A stretch of DNA of 64,000 nt from the NCBI GenBank assembly GCA_945883805.1, contig CAMCYE010000008.1, forward strand, positions 1,240 to 65,239, read 5' to 3'. Within the stretch, counting starts at the first letter, position 1. Each line of letters starts with the position of its first letter. Of the stretch, positions 46,971 to 57,072 are shown piece by piece. The notes beneath the pieces were generated by a model. That model had not been told where the DNA came from. It saw only the letters and a list, made by a program, of their open reading frames with translations, and made no database searches. Both the position numbers and the translations under genes were made by a program. Origin of the DNA: Victivallis vadensis (lineage in GTDB: Bacteria > Verrucomicrobiota > Lentisphaeria > Victivallales > GWF2-50-93).

Positions 46971-47051
46971 TGGATTTTCTCTGCGTCCTCTGTGATTGGA
47001 CTTTTAGAAAAAGTAAAAAAAGAGGGTTTACAAAAAGACGGAACGAAGAAG

Positions 47052-50000
47052 TCAGGACGCCTTTTTTCTTCTGCTGGAAACTCGGAGAACGATGACAAAA
47101 AACAGGGGAATGTAGAATATGGCAAGGACGGTTGCGGTAAACATTCCGCCCAAGACTCCGGTGCCGATGGAATTCTGGGCGCCTGAACCTGCACCTGTGC
47201 TTATCGCAAGAGGCATCACGCCGAAGATGAAGGCGAAAGATGTCATCAGAATGGGGCGCAGTCTGATACGGCAGGCTTCAATCGTGGCATCTAGGAGATT
47301 TGTCCCGTGCCCCATCTTGTCCCTCGCGAATTCCACAATAAGGATTGCGTTTTTCGCAGTAAGGCCGATGGTGGCCAGGAGTCCGACCTGAAGATAGACG
47401 TCGTTTGAAAGCCCTCTTGTCCAGGTCGCCAGAACCGCGCCGAAAATTCCGAGCGGCACAACAAGGAGGATGGCAAACGGTATCGCCCAGCTTTCATAAA
47501 GGGCTGCAAGGCACAGGAAGACAACCAGCAGTGAAATCCCATACAGGAGCGGAGCTTGGGATCCGGACATCTTTTCCTGGTAGGAAAGTCCCGTCCATTC
47601 GAAACCCGTCCCCTGTGGAAGCCTGGAAGCCAGTTTCTCCATTATTTTCATAGATTCCCCCGAACTTTTCCCGGGTGCCGCCTGCCCCATAATTTCCGCC
47701 GACGCGAACCCGTTGTATCTTTCAAGACGCGGGGAACCGTAGCCCCAGCTGGTTTTCGCAAAGGAGGTGAACGGCACCATTGTTCCGGTCTTGTTCCGCA
47801 CAAACCACTTGTCCAGGTCTTCCGGTTTCATCCTGAATTTGGCATCAGCCTGCAGGTAGACCTTTTTGACGCGCCCCTTGTCTATGAAGTCATTGACATA
47901 TGCGCTTCCGAGGGCTGAAGAGATAGAATCTTGTATCTCGGTTATCGAGACGCCAAGCGCCCCGGCTCTCTCCCAGTCAATATCGACCTTAAACTCCGAA
48001 GTGTCATCAAGACCGTTCGGCCTGACCATCATGAGGTTCGGATCCTGCGCCGCCATTCCGAGGAGCTGGTTCCGGGCCGCCATGAGATTCTCATGTCCGA
48101 TTCCGCCACGATCCTGGAGCATGAAGTCGAAACCGTTCGCGGTGCCGAGTTCGATGACCGCCGGAGGGGGGAATGCAAAAACCAGCGCCTCTTTGTAGGT
48201 TGAAAACTCACCCATCGCTCTGCCTGCCACGGCGTTGACCCGGAGATCGGGTCTTTTGCGGAATTTCCAATCCCTCAGTTTTACGAATGCCAGTCCGGCG
48301 TTCTGTCCTCTTCCGGCAAAACTGAAACCGGCGACTGCGAAGCAGGATTCCACCGCCTCCTTCTGATCTTCGAGGAAATGCTTCTGCACTTTTTCTACCA
48401 CTTTGAGGGTCTGCTCCTGTGTCGAGCCAGGAGGAAGCATTACCTGTACGAAGAGAATTCCCTGGTCCTCTTCGGGAAGATAAGCCTTCGGCAGTTTCAT
48501 AAAGAGATACCCCGTCCCAACCACAATAAGTGCATATATCGCCATGTAGCGGGCGTTCTTTTCTAGGATTTTGCCGACTATGGACAGATATCCGTCTCTG
48601 CCTCCGTTGAAAATCCTGTTGAACCAAGAGAAGAACGGCCGCAAGAGGAAGAATCCCTCCTCGGAAACTACGTGTCCCTTCTTTACCGGTTTGAGAATGG
48701 TCGCGCATAAGGCGGGCGTAAATATAAGAGCTACTACCACTGAAAGGATCATGCAGGAAATTATCGTTATCGAAAACTGTCTGTATATGACGCCGGTAGA
48801 ACCGCCGAAGAATGACATTGGTATGAACACTGCCGTTAGCACCATTACGATGCTGATAAGAGCCCCGGTGATCTGCTTCATGGATTTCCTGGTCGCCTCT
48901 TCCGGGGAAAGACCCTCCTCGCTCATAAGACGCTCGACATTTTCGATCACGACGATGGCATCGTCAACCAAGAGCCCAATCGTCAGTACCATGGCGAACA
49001 TAGTGAGAGTGTTGATCGAGTATCCGCACATTTTCAGGACTGCGAACGTGCCAAGAAGGACGACCGGTACGGCAATTGTCGGAATTATGGTTGCGCGGAA
49101 ATTCTGAAGGAATACGAACATTACCAAGAAGACCAGGATAATTGCCTCAATGAGAGTCTTCAACACCTCCTGTATGGAAATTCTCACAAACGGGGTTGTG
49201 TCATAGGGATATACTGTGGACATTCCCTGAGGATAGAATTTTGAGAGTTCGTTAAGTCTATCGGTGACGCCTTTGACCGTGGCGAGGGCATTTGCCCCGA
49301 CAGACATTTTTACAGCCATCCCGGCTGCCGGTTTGCCATTGAAATTTCCAACCGAGTCATAGTTTTCGCTACCTATCTCGACATTTGCAACATCCTTAAG
49401 CCTCACCGCGGATCCGTCGCTGTTCGTCCGAAGGAGGATCTGCCCGAACTGTTCCGGAGTCTGTAGGAGGTTTTGGACATTTATGGTCGCATTCAGACGC
49501 TGTCCCCTCACCGAAGGCGTTCCTCCGAGCTGTCCGGCGGACACCTGTACATTGTAAGATCTTACGGATTGCTTGATATCCTCTGGAGTCAGATTGTAAC
49601 TGTTCAGCTTGTCTGGATCCAGCCATATCCTCATCGCGTACTGGGAGCCGAAGGTCATGACTTCACCGACACCCTGTACCCTGCTGATCTGCTCCTGTAT
49701 GTTCGCGACGACATAGTCAGTGAGATCATAGCGGTTCATGCTGTCGTTGTCGGAGATGAATCCGACAACCATCAGGAAGTTGGTTGTGGATTTCGTGACC
49801 CTTATGCCCTGCTGCTGCACAATTTGCGGGAGCGAAGGCATGGCGAGCTGCACCTTATTTTGGGTCTGGACTTGCGCGGTATCAGGGTCGGTGCCGGCAT
49901 CGAAAGTCAGAGTCACTGTCGCATATCCGGCGGAATCGCTTGTTGCGGAAATGTAGCAGAGATTGTCCACCCCAATCATCTTCTGTTCTATGACCTGTGT

Positions 50001-50186
50001 CACGGTGTCCTCGATTGTCTTTGCGGAGGCACCGGGATAGAACACGTCCACGGATATTTCAGGAAGGGCGATCGGCGGATATTGTGAGACAGACAGCGTG
50101 AATATCGAGATGATGCCGGCCAGCATCATCATGATGGCTATTACCCATGCGAATATCGGACGGCTTATAAAAAACTGTGGTAACAT
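47052..50186 (-). CDS. multidrug efflux RND transporter permease (HAE1/AcrB family)
   Basis: 1044 aa. N-terminus [36 protein letters not shown]; 12-TM architecture with two large periplasmic loops. Confidence 0.95.
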   Translation of the reverse strand: MLPQFFISRPIFAWVIAIMMMLAGIISIFTLSVSQYPPIALPEISVDVFYPGASAKTIEDTVTQVIEQKMIGVDNLCYISATSDSAGYATVTLTFDAGTDPDTAQVQTQNKVQLAMPSLPQIVQQQGIRVTKSTTNFLMVVGFISDNDSMNRYDLTDYVVANIQEQISRVQGVGEVMTFGSQYAMRIWLDPDKLNSYNLTPEDIKQSVRSYNVQVSAGQLGGTPSVRGQRLNATINVQNLLQTPEQFGQILLRTNSDGSAVRLKDVANVEIGSENYDSVGNFNGKPAAGMAVKMSVGANALATVKGVTDRLNELSKFYPQGMSTVYPYDTTPFVRISIQEVLKTLIEAIILVFLVMFVFLQNFRATIIPTIAVPVVLLGTFAVLKMCGYSINTLTMFAMVLTIGLLVDDAIVVIENVERLMSEEGLSPEEATRKSMKQITGALISIVMVLTAVFIPMSFFGGSTGVIYRQFSITIISCMILSVVVALIFTPALCATILKPVKKGHVVSEEGFFLLRPFFSWFNRIFNGGRDGYLSIVGKILEKNARYMAIYALIVVGTGYLFMKLPKAYLPEEDQGILFVQVMLPPGSTQEQTLKVVEKVQKHFLEDQKEAVESCFAVAGFSFAGRGQNAGLAFVKLRDWKFRKRPDLRVNAVAGRAMGEFSTYKEALVFAFPPPAVIELGTANGFDFMLQDRGGIGHENLMAARNQLLGMAAQDPNLMMVRPNGLDDTSEFKVDIDWERAGALGVSITEIQDSISSALGSAYVNDFIDKGRVKKVYLQADAKFRMKPEDLDKWFVRNKTGTMVPFTSFAKTSWGYGSPRLERYNGFASAEIMGQAAPGKSSGESMKIMEKLASRLPQGTGFEWTGLSYQEKMSGSQAPLLYGISLLVVFLCLAALYESWAIPFAILLVVPLGIFGAVLATWTRGLSNDVYLQVGLLATIGLTAKNAILIVEFARDKMGHGTNLLDATIEACRIRLRPILMTSFAFIFGVMPLAISTGAGSGAQNSIGTGVLGGMFTATVLAIFYIPLFFVIVLRVSSRRKKAS

Positions 50187-50222
50187 CGGGATCCTTCAAA
50201 AATTTATACTTTAATTGCATGT

Positions 50223-50421
50223 AAAATCCGAAATCCGAAACTCGAAATCCGAAACAAGCTCGGGAAAAATGAAAATCTCACCTGTCTGCGTTTATGCACA
50301 GGCAGAATTCTCAAAACAATGTTTGAAACAAATTATAAATTCAAAGTTTCAAGAATTTAAATATTTAAATTTTAGGCTTTATTGTTTCGAATTTCGATAT
50401 TCGGATTTCGAGTTTGGTTTC
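50223..50421. repeat. imperfect inverted-repeat element built from CGAAAT/CGAAAC 8-mers, inserted between the MFP and RND genes
   Basis: Left arm aaaatccgaaatccgaaactcgaaatccgaaacaa (50223-50257). Right arm ttgtttcgaatttcgatattcggatttcgagtttggtttc (50382-50421). Central hairpin cctgt...acagg. Confidence 0.65.
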
Positions 50422-50446
50422 AGGCAACGCTCCCTTTAGTAGGGCT

Positions 50447-51628
50447 TTAATTTTTCGAGGATTGCGTTTGCGTTGCAGACGGCGTTGTCTGTGCTCCAAA
50501 CGGTACGACCTTCAACTGAACTCCCGGCCTGATCATTTGCACCCCCTCCATTATGACCCGATCTCCAGGTCTTAGTCCTTCCTTGATCAGCCATTTATCG
50601 CCTATTGAGCGGTCAACTGACAGTTTTCTTATTTCCACCTTGTCGGCGGAGTCGGCGATAAACACGGCAGGTTCACCTCGCATATTCCGTGTCATCGCTT
50701 GGTGTGGCACGAGGATTGCGTCTTCAATGATTCCCTCCTCTACCATTGCCCGTACATACATTCCGGGAAGGAGCGCGCTTTCAGGATTCGGAAACACGAT
50801 GCGAAGAGTGTATGAGCCGGTGCTCTGGGCTACTGTAATATCGCTGAATTGCATTGCGCCCTCAAGAGGGTATGGGGAGCCATCCTCATAGGAAAGTTTG
50901 ACTTTTGCCCCCTTCACATTGTTGCTTTTTACAAGGCCTTCCAACACGCTCCTTTTCAGACGTAGAAAATTTGCGCTGGATTGTGTGACATCTACATAAA
51001 TAGGATCAAGCTGCTGAATAGTCGAAAGTGGGAAAAGGTGATTGGCTGTCACTAGTGCGCCAACCGTCACATGCGACTTGCCTATGCGTCCTGAAATAGG
51101 TGCGACTACCTTCGTGTATTCCAAGTTGATCCGAGCCGTATCAACTGCCGCCTTGCATGCCAGGATATCAGCTTCCCCAGTATTGAATTCGGATGCGGTG
51201 TTGTCGCATTCCTGCTGGCTTATCGCCTTGGATTCAATCAGAACCTTGTGTCTTTCGTATTTGTTCTTCAGGGGGGTTATTTTGGCTTCAGCCTTGCTTA
51301 GTTCGGCCTTAGTCCTGTCATAAGTCGCCTGATAAAGGGACGGATCTATCTGGTAGAGAGTATCGTCTTTCTCTACTTCAGTTCCCTCTTCGAAGAGCCG
51401 TTTCTGCACTATGCCTCCGACTTGAGGCCGGACTTCTGCGACCAGATATGCGGTAGTGCGTCCGGGTAATTCTGTCGTCAGCACAATTTTCTCAGTCTTG
51501 ACGGTAATTATTGAAACCTCTGGTGGCGGCATGGCAGGAACTGCCCCGCGACGTCCGCATCCGGTCAAAAGCAAGACAGTTGTAACAGCCCCGAAAAAGA
51601 CAATTGACATTATTTTATTGTTCCACAT
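50447..51628 (-). CDS. efflux RND periplasmic adaptor (membrane fusion protein, AcrA family)
   Basis: Lipobox LLLTGC, coiled-coil hairpin region, beta-barrel C-terminus; upstream of the RND pump. Confidence 0.9.
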   Translation of the reverse strand: MWNNKIMSIVFFGAVTTVLLLTGCGRRGAVPAMPPPEVSIITVKTEKIVLTTELPGRTTAYLVAEVRPQVGGIVQKRLFEEGTEVEKDDTLYQIDPSLYQATYDRTKAELSKAEAKITPLKNKYERHKVLIESKAISQQECDNTASEFNTGEADILACKAAVDTARINLEYTKVVAPISGRIGKSHVTVGALVTANHLFPLSTIQQLDPIYVDVTQSSANFLRLKRSVLEGLVKSNNVKGAKVKLSYEDGSPYPLEGAMQFSDITVAQSTGSYTLRIVFPNPESALLPGMYVRAMVEEGIIEDAILVPHQAMTRNMRGEPAVFIADSADKVEIRKLSVDRSIGDKWLIKEGLRPGDRVIMEGVQMIRPGVQLKVVPFGAQTTPSATQTQSSKN

Positions 51629-51864
51629 TTTATCCCTTATAGGTTACATAAATATTTTTTCCAGGAACTGGAAAAAATAAAATTAAATGTTAAGCGTTCA
51701 GATCGTAATCACTCAGTTTAGGCTGTCCGGCTCAAAAATACCAACCACAGAGGACCTCAGAGGAATTCACAATTATCATAGGATCCCGATGAATATGTTT
51801 TTCTTCTCTCTTCCTCTGAGCCCTCTTTGGTTAGTCCTAGGCAAGACTGAGCTGTTGCTTCAGA

Positions 51865-52449
51865 TCAGGTGTGCCGTCTCACTCCATCCCAGCAGGCTTC
51901 GACAGCCTTCTTAATCAGTTCATTGTCAAGCAATAACAGTGAGAAAACATGATCCCTTGTCAATGGAACCAGTGGCCCCAGTCCCAGTGAGAAAAGTATG
52001 AGAATAGGCAGATCCTTCAAAACTTTCTGCTTGATTCCCTCCTGAAAAAGCTCCTTGAATACGTCTAGCTCTCCCTGATGATTGTTTAAAATCAGATTTT
52101 TTCGAAAAGCGACCCCGTACGGTGAATTATGGTACTGTTCCATATATCTGAATTCCAGAGGATGATTTATCATATATTTTATCAGGGTTGAAATAAGATG
52201 AAAAAACCTTTCCTTTACAGACGTATCCTTCGAATAGCTGTCCAGCAAGGTCTTGTAGATCCTATTCTCGACAACCTTGTACATTTCCGATATAAGGACA
52301 TCCTTGCTTGCGAAATAACGGTAGATTGTCCCCATTCCCACATCGGCTTTTTCGGCGATCATAGCCATTGAAACCCCATGGAACCCATGTTCCGCAATGA
52401 GTTCCAGCGCAGCATCAATCACCACATCTGGCTTGTCCGAATCCTTCAT
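51865..52449 (-). CDS. TetR/AcrR-family transcriptional regulator
   Basis: N-terminal HTH IDAALELIAEHGFHGVSMAMIAEKADVGMGTIYRYFASKD. Confidence 0.85.
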   Translation of the reverse strand: MKDSDKPDVVIDAALELIAEHGFHGVSMAMIAEKADVGMGTIYRYFASKDVLISEMYKVVENRIYKTLLDSYSKDTSVKERFFHLISTLIKYMINHPLEFRYMEQYHNSPYGVAFRKNLILNNHQGELDVFKELFQEGIKQKVLKDLPILILFSLGLGPLVPLTRDHVFSLLLLDNELIKKAVEACWDGVRRHT

Positions 52450-52768
52450 AATAAAATTTCCCTAAACGACACAGAATGAATGTTCACTCCTATATTATAG
52501 CCCGCCTTTTTCTGAATGCAAATCTCCCATTCGAACGATTTTACCGCATTAAAGTGAGGAGTTTTACAAGAACCCGGCTGACTTTGGAAAGAACTCCCCC
52601 CTACTCCAGCACGTCTGACACGGTAATACGCATACCACGAATACACGACTTGCCACTTCGTTTGCTAGGTTCAATGAGGCAATTTAAAACCGTGAAACGG
52701 TGGATGTTGTGATTATGCCAAAAGTGTTACATGTTTTTAATACAATCAGTCGTCTCAGGGAGCGGTAA

Positions 52769-53094
52769 TATACTGCGTCTGTCGGAAAACAATCGCTTAT
52801 AAAATTATTGAGCGAAGCAGAGGTCGCCGAGAAGGTCTATAACTCCAATGCCATTGAGAACAGCACTCTGACTCTTGAAGAAACAGAAAAACTCCTTTTG
52901 CCAATAAACTTGGACAGATATATACCCGAGAGAGAAATTTTGAAGCAAAAAATCTCGCACGGGTAGTTTCATATATCGATACAAAAGCCAAAGAGCATGA
53001 GCTTGCTCTCGATGTAATTCTACTGCTTCACAAAATGCTCATAGCGAATATCCGGAAAGATGTGGCCGGAAGATTTCCTCTTCGGATACTATGA
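52769..53094 (+). pseudogene. Fic/DOC-family gene remnant (frameshifted and 3'-truncated)
   Basis: SEAEVAEKVYNSNAIENSTLTLEETEKLLL...PEREI, then after a -1 shift in a T-run (~52955) EAKNLARVVSYIDTKAKEHELALDVILLLHKMLIANIRKDVAGRFPLR. It stops before the HxFxDGNGR core. Confidence 0.6.
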
Positions 53095-53308
53095 GGATTC
53101 CAATGGGGCGAAAATAGCATCACCGGAAAAAGCTCTCCTCTACTTCTTCTATCTAAGCCCTGCGAAAACAGGGCTTTTCCACACCCTGCCCGAACTTGAA
53201 ATCTCAAAGGGTTTCAGCATCCGACGTGCAAGAGATATGATTGAAAAAATGCCGGCATCTGGAAGAAAAAGCATACTGAAAAGGAAATTCAACGATATCT
53301 TGCCATAA
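53060..53308 (+). pseudogene. C-terminal fragment resembling AbiEi-type antitoxin / transcriptional-regulator proteins
   Basis: ...AKIASPEKALLYFFYLSPAK... resembles the conserved A(S/T)PE(K/R)ALLDLLY segment. It lacks an N-terminal wHTH and is fused to the Fic remnant. Confidence 0.35.
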
Positions 53309-53443
53309 ATCCTCCTCTCTCTTCTGTGCAATAAATACGCCTGATACCGATTAAGAAACGAGTGTATTGAAATTGATTAAATTCTATTATTGATTGCATC
53401 TTCCGGAAAATAAAGTTATCTTGTGGAAGTTGAAAAGGTGAAC

Positions 53444-53884
53444 ATGAAAGAACTGATCCCGATTGAACGCATAGAAAATGAAATCCTGCTTATTAGGGCG
53501 CAAAAGGTAATGCTTGCCCATGATCTGACTGAACTTTACGGAGATCCGACAAGACGGCTAAACGAGCAGGTGAAAAGAAACATCGGCAAGTTCCCGAAGG
53601 ACTTCATGTTTCAGCTTACCGACGAGGAGCTGGAAGATTTGCGGTCGCAATTTGCGACCGCAAAATTAAGCAAAGCTCGAACCAACCCTTATGCCTTCAC
53701 TGAGCACGGAGCGCTAATGTCCGCGAATGTTTTAAATTCACCTAAATTTCTCCCTGCGGGAAAAATGCGCCTCCGGCGCGTTGAAATGCCGGGAACGCCG
53801 ACCGTCTGGTCGGCTCTTAAAAACAGCCAAGCAGACGCTTGGCGTTCCCAGGTTGGGACATTCGACAAAAACATTTGTCGATAA
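53444..53884 (+). CDS. ORF6N-domain protein, C-terminal part replaced by a palindromic repeat insertion
   Basis: IPIERIENEILLIRAQKVMLAHDLTELYGDPTRRLNEQVKRNIGKFPKDFMFQLTDEELEDLRSQFATAKLSKARTNPYAFTEHGALMSANVLNSPK is the ORF6N/KilA-N-like pattern. The sequence after 53760 is repeat-derived. Confidence 0.6.
   Translation: MKELIPIERIENEILLIRAQKVMLAHDLTELYGDPTRRLNEQVKRNIGKFPKDFMFQLTDEELEDLRSQFATAKLSKARTNPYAFTEHGALMSANVLNSPKFLPAGKMRLRRVEMPGTPTVWSALKNSQADAWRSQVGTFDKNICR
53791..53849. repeat. palindromic repeat, arrangement Y-16 nt-X
   Basis: Y=GGGAACGCCGACCGTCTGGTCGGCT (53791-53815). X=CAGACGCTTGGCGTTCCC (53832-53849). The same two modules occur in X-Y order at 56823-56865. Confidence 0.7.
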
Positions 53885-53918
53885 AAATCGTAATGGGCTA
53901 AAGACAGGATGAATACCC

Positions 53919-54485
53919 ATGGTGAATATAATGAACCCTTTGCCTGAAAATATGCTTCGCGCACTTTGCGGCGACAATCCCGCCATACTCGCGGAAACTG
54001 TCTCCGCCCTTTCCCGGAAATTCCCGGATTTGCCGCCTGATGAAATACTGAAACTGGCAACCCCATTAATATGTCCGGATAACATTGATTTCCCCGAACT
54101 TGTCCTGCGTCCGGAAACATCTGAATGCCAGATTGGAGACGGAAAAATTGAACTGTCTCCTGCGGAATTCGCAGTTTACTGGCTTATGGCGATCAGACAC
54201 AGGAACAAGCTTCCTCCTCTTCGGGGAGAAGACGCATTGCTGGAAGAATTCAGGGCTTTCGCAGAATCTACCTCCTCAAACGTGATGCCGGAAATACTAA
54301 ACAATGACAGATTTAAAAATATTGAAGCGGACGAACTCAGGACAGTTCTGGAAAACATTTCCGGAAAAATTGAAACCTCTGTAGAAATAATGAATGGGAT
54401 GGTTCATTTTCTCCCAGTGAAAGGAATGGGGATCTACGGAATATCTGTTCCCGCCGCTAAAATATTCTGTCCCAGAAATTATTAG
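53919..54485 (+). CDS. hypothetical protein; N-terminus faintly resembles the NE0113-type CARF motif
   Basis: CGDNPAILAETVSAL compared with my recollection of GLSPQIVTETLYAL. At 188 aa it is too short for a full CARF protein. Very tentative. Confidence 0.3.
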   Translation: MVNIMNPLPENMLRALCGDNPAILAETVSALSRKFPDLPPDEILKLATPLICPDNIDFPELVLRPETSECQIGDGKIELSPAEFAVYWLMAIRHRNKLPPLRGEDALLEEFRAFAESTSSNVMPEILNNDRFKNIEADELRTVLENISGKIETSVEIMNGMVHFLPVKGMGIYGISVPAAKIFCPRNY

Positions 54486-54575
54486 GAGAATAATATTTTT
54501 TCACTTGAAATGATTCAATACACTACTATTCTTATATACTATCAAGAGTTTGTTTAACATTAAGGAGATCTGAAC

Positions 54576-55517
54576 ATGAAAATCTACAGTGACATTACAA
54601 AGGTCGTCGGGAACACTCCGCTTGTGAAGCTCAACAAACTTACAAAAGGTTCACATGCGACAGTCCTGGTGAAGCTTGAATCCATGAATCCTCTCTGGAG
54701 TGTTAAAGACCGTATCGGAGTGGCGATGATTGACGCCGCCGAGCGTGACGGGAAACTTAAGCCGGGAGGAACGATTGTCGAACCTACAAGCGGAAACACT
54801 GGAATCGCCCTTGCGTTCGTTTCAGCGACACGCGGATATAAACTGATCCTGACCATGCCGGAAACCATGAGCCTTGAACGCCGTAAACTTCTGAAAATCC
54901 TCGGCGCGGAACTCGTATTGACACCAGGGGAAAAAGGAATGAAAGGCGCCGTTGACAAGGCGGAGGAAATCCAGAGGAACACTCCCGGTTCATTCCTGCC
55001 CCAACAGTTTAACAACCCTGCAAATCCGGAAATCCACAGAAAGACAACCGCCGAGGAAATCTACCGTGACACCGATGGAAAAGTTGATTTTTTCATAGCC
55101 GGTGTCGGCACTGGCGGAACTGTCACCGGGGTTTCGGAAGCACTGAAAAACAAGATTCCCGGTTTCAAGGCCATCGCTGTGGAACCTGTCGATTCACCTG
55201 TGCTATCCGGAGGGAACCCAGGTTCACACAAAATACAGGGAATCGGTGCAGGTTTTGTTCCGGGTGTTTTCAGGAAAGACCTGATAGATGAAATCATAAA
55301 AGTGAAACATGAAGACGCCGGGGAAATCGCACTCCGCCTCGCAAAGGAAGAGGGAATACTTGCCGGAATATCGTCAGGAGCGAACGTGTGGGCTGCACTG
55401 CAGGTTGCGAAACGTCCTGAAAACAAAGGAAAGACGATTGTCACCGTCATATGCGATACCGGGGAAAGATACCTTTCAACTTGGCTGTTCCAGAATGTAC
55501 TCGAGGAAAAGCAGTAA
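54576..55517 (+). CDS. cysK: cysteine synthase A (O-acetylserine sulfhydrylase)
   Basis: [22 protein letters not shown] (PLP-Lys), SGNTGIALA and GVGTGGT. Confidence 0.95.
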   Translation: MKIYSDITKVVGNTPLVKLNKLTKGSHATVLVKLESMNPLWSVKDRIGVAMIDAAERDGKLKPGGTIVEPTSGNTGIALAFVSATRGYKLILTMPETMSLERRKLLKILGAELVLTPGEKGMKGAVDKAEEIQRNTPGSFLPQQFNNPANPEIHRKTTAEEIYRDTDGKVDFFIAGVGTGGTVTGVSEALKNKIPGFKAIAVEPVDSPVLSGGNPGSHKIQGIGAGFVPGVFRKDLIDEIIKVKHEDAGEIALRLAKEEGILAGISSGANVWAALQVAKRPENKGKTIVTVICDTGERYLSTWLFQNVLEEKQ

Positions 55518-55522
55518 AATCA

Positions 55523-55564
55523 AATTTCCTTTAAGCGCGTCGGCTCACGCGCTTAAAGGAAATT
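55523..55564 (+). terminator. 17-bp-stem hairpin after cysK (terminator-like, no clear T-run)
   Basis: aatttcctttaagcgcg-tcggctc-(a)cgcgcttaaaggaaatt. Confidence 0.45.
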
Positions 55565-55607
55565 ATTAAAAAGTTGTGCGAAACAAGAAAAATCCATAGG
55601 AGTAAGA

Positions 55608-56741
55608 ATGAGATTTGAAACACTTGCGATAAGGGCCGGACAGGATCCGGACAAGGAAACCGGTGCGGTAATCGTACCGATTTACCAGACTTCGACTTTT
55701 TTTCAGAAATCCCTGGACAAGTTCGGTCAGTATGAATACTCGCGTTCTGGAAATCCGACACGCACGGCACTCGAAACTGCCATTGCCTCACTTGAAGGCG
55801 GAAAATACGGGCTGGCCTATGCGTCCGGCTCTGCGGCGACTGTTGGCGTCCTCCAGCTGCTGAATGCCGGGGACCATATCATCGCAGGACAGGATCTCTA
55901 TGGTGGAACCTTCCGCCTTCTCGAATCCGTATATAAGAAACAGGGGATAGAAGTCTCCTACGCCAACACCTATGACATTGGCGAGTTCAAAAAGTCTTTC
56001 CGGAAAAACACGAAGATGGTCTGGCTTGAGTCTCCCACCAATCCCCTGCTGAAGATTTCGGATATTGCGAAGATCGCAGAAGTGTCGAAGTCTCACAAGG
56101 CTCTTTTTGTAGTGGACAACACATTCCTCAGCCCATTTTTCCAGAAACCGCTTTCCCTGGGGGCCGACATAATTGTGCACAGCACCACAAAATATATTGC
56201 CGGTCACAGCGACATAATCGGCGGTGCAGTCGTGACTTCTAACGAAGAGGCGTACAAGGCGATGAAATTCTATCAGAATGCAGGTGGCGCTGTTCCGGGA
56301 GTTCTCGACTGCTGGCTTACGCTCAGAGGATTAAAAACTCTTGCCATCCGTATGAAAGAGCACGAGGCAAATTCGATTTATCTTGCAAAATGGCTGGAGA
56401 CTCATCCGAAGATAAAAAAAGTGTTTTATCCCGGACTGGAAAGCCACGAGAATCACGCGCTGGCGAAAAAACAGCAGACCGGTTTCGGCGCGGTCATCAG
56501 TATTCTTCTTGACGGAGGATATGACGAGGCGAAAAAATTCTGTGAAAAACTGAAGATTTTCATGCTTGCGGAAAGTCTTGGCGGTGTCGAATCACTTGTA
56601 TGCTATCCTGTGAAAATGTCCCATGCGGTGCTTAGCGAGGAAGACCGCCGGAAACAGGGAATCACCGCGAACCTCGTCCGCCTTTCCGTCGGCATTGAGA
56701 ACAAGGAAGACCTCAGGGAAGATATCGAACAGGCGCTCTGA
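55608..56741 (+). CDS. Cys/Met-metabolism PLP enzyme (cystathionine gamma-lyase / gamma-synthase / beta-lyase family)
   Basis: YSRSGNPTR, and HSTTKYIAGHSD (PLP-Lys in the S-x-T-K motif); adjacent to cysK. Confidence 0.9.
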   Translation: MRFETLAIRAGQDPDKETGAVIVPIYQTSTFFQKSLDKFGQYEYSRSGNPTRTALETAIASLEGGKYGLAYASGSAATVGVLQLLNAGDHIIAGQDLYGGTFRLLESVYKKQGIEVSYANTYDIGEFKKSFRKNTKMVWLESPTNPLLKISDIAKIAEVSKSHKALFVVDNTFLSPFFQKPLSLGADIIVHSTTKYIAGHSDIIGGAVVTSNEEAYKAMKFYQNAGGAVPGVLDCWLTLRGLKTLAIRMKEHEANSIYLAKWLETHPKIKKVFYPGLESHENHALAKKQQTGFGAVISILLDGGYDEAKKFCEKLKIFMLAESLGGVESLVCYPVKMSHAVLSEEDRRKQGITANLVRLSVGIENKEDLREDIEQAL

Positions 56742-56822
56742 CATCTAACTCTCGGCGTAAGTCTTTCCGCACATTTTTAAGCCAAGACGTCTCAGATCCC
56801 GAGTCTCATCAAGATCTCGGGA

Positions 56823-56865
56823 CAGACGCTTGGCGTTCCCGGGAACGCTGACCGTCTGGTCGGCT
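56823..56865. repeat. palindromic repeat, arrangement X-Y (centre GGCGTTCCC|GGGAACGC)
   Basis: CAGACGCTTGGCGTTCCC (56823-56840) directly followed by GGGAACGCTGACCGTCTGGTCGGCT (56841-56865). Confidence 0.7.
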
Positions 56866-57072
56866 CCATGTATTTCTTGTGCGGAAGGACTTCCTCCGAA
56901 AGTATCCAGAGAACATCTGAAAACTAACGTTGGCCTATGGCAAAGGGAAATATCGCGCAGGTGGAAAATAAACATAAAAGGGGCATATTGTCCAGTTGAA
57001 GGCAAGGAATCAATCACATCGCCAAATTTAAAATATAATGCATCTATTTTAAAGTTCGGGATCCGGAGGCTG

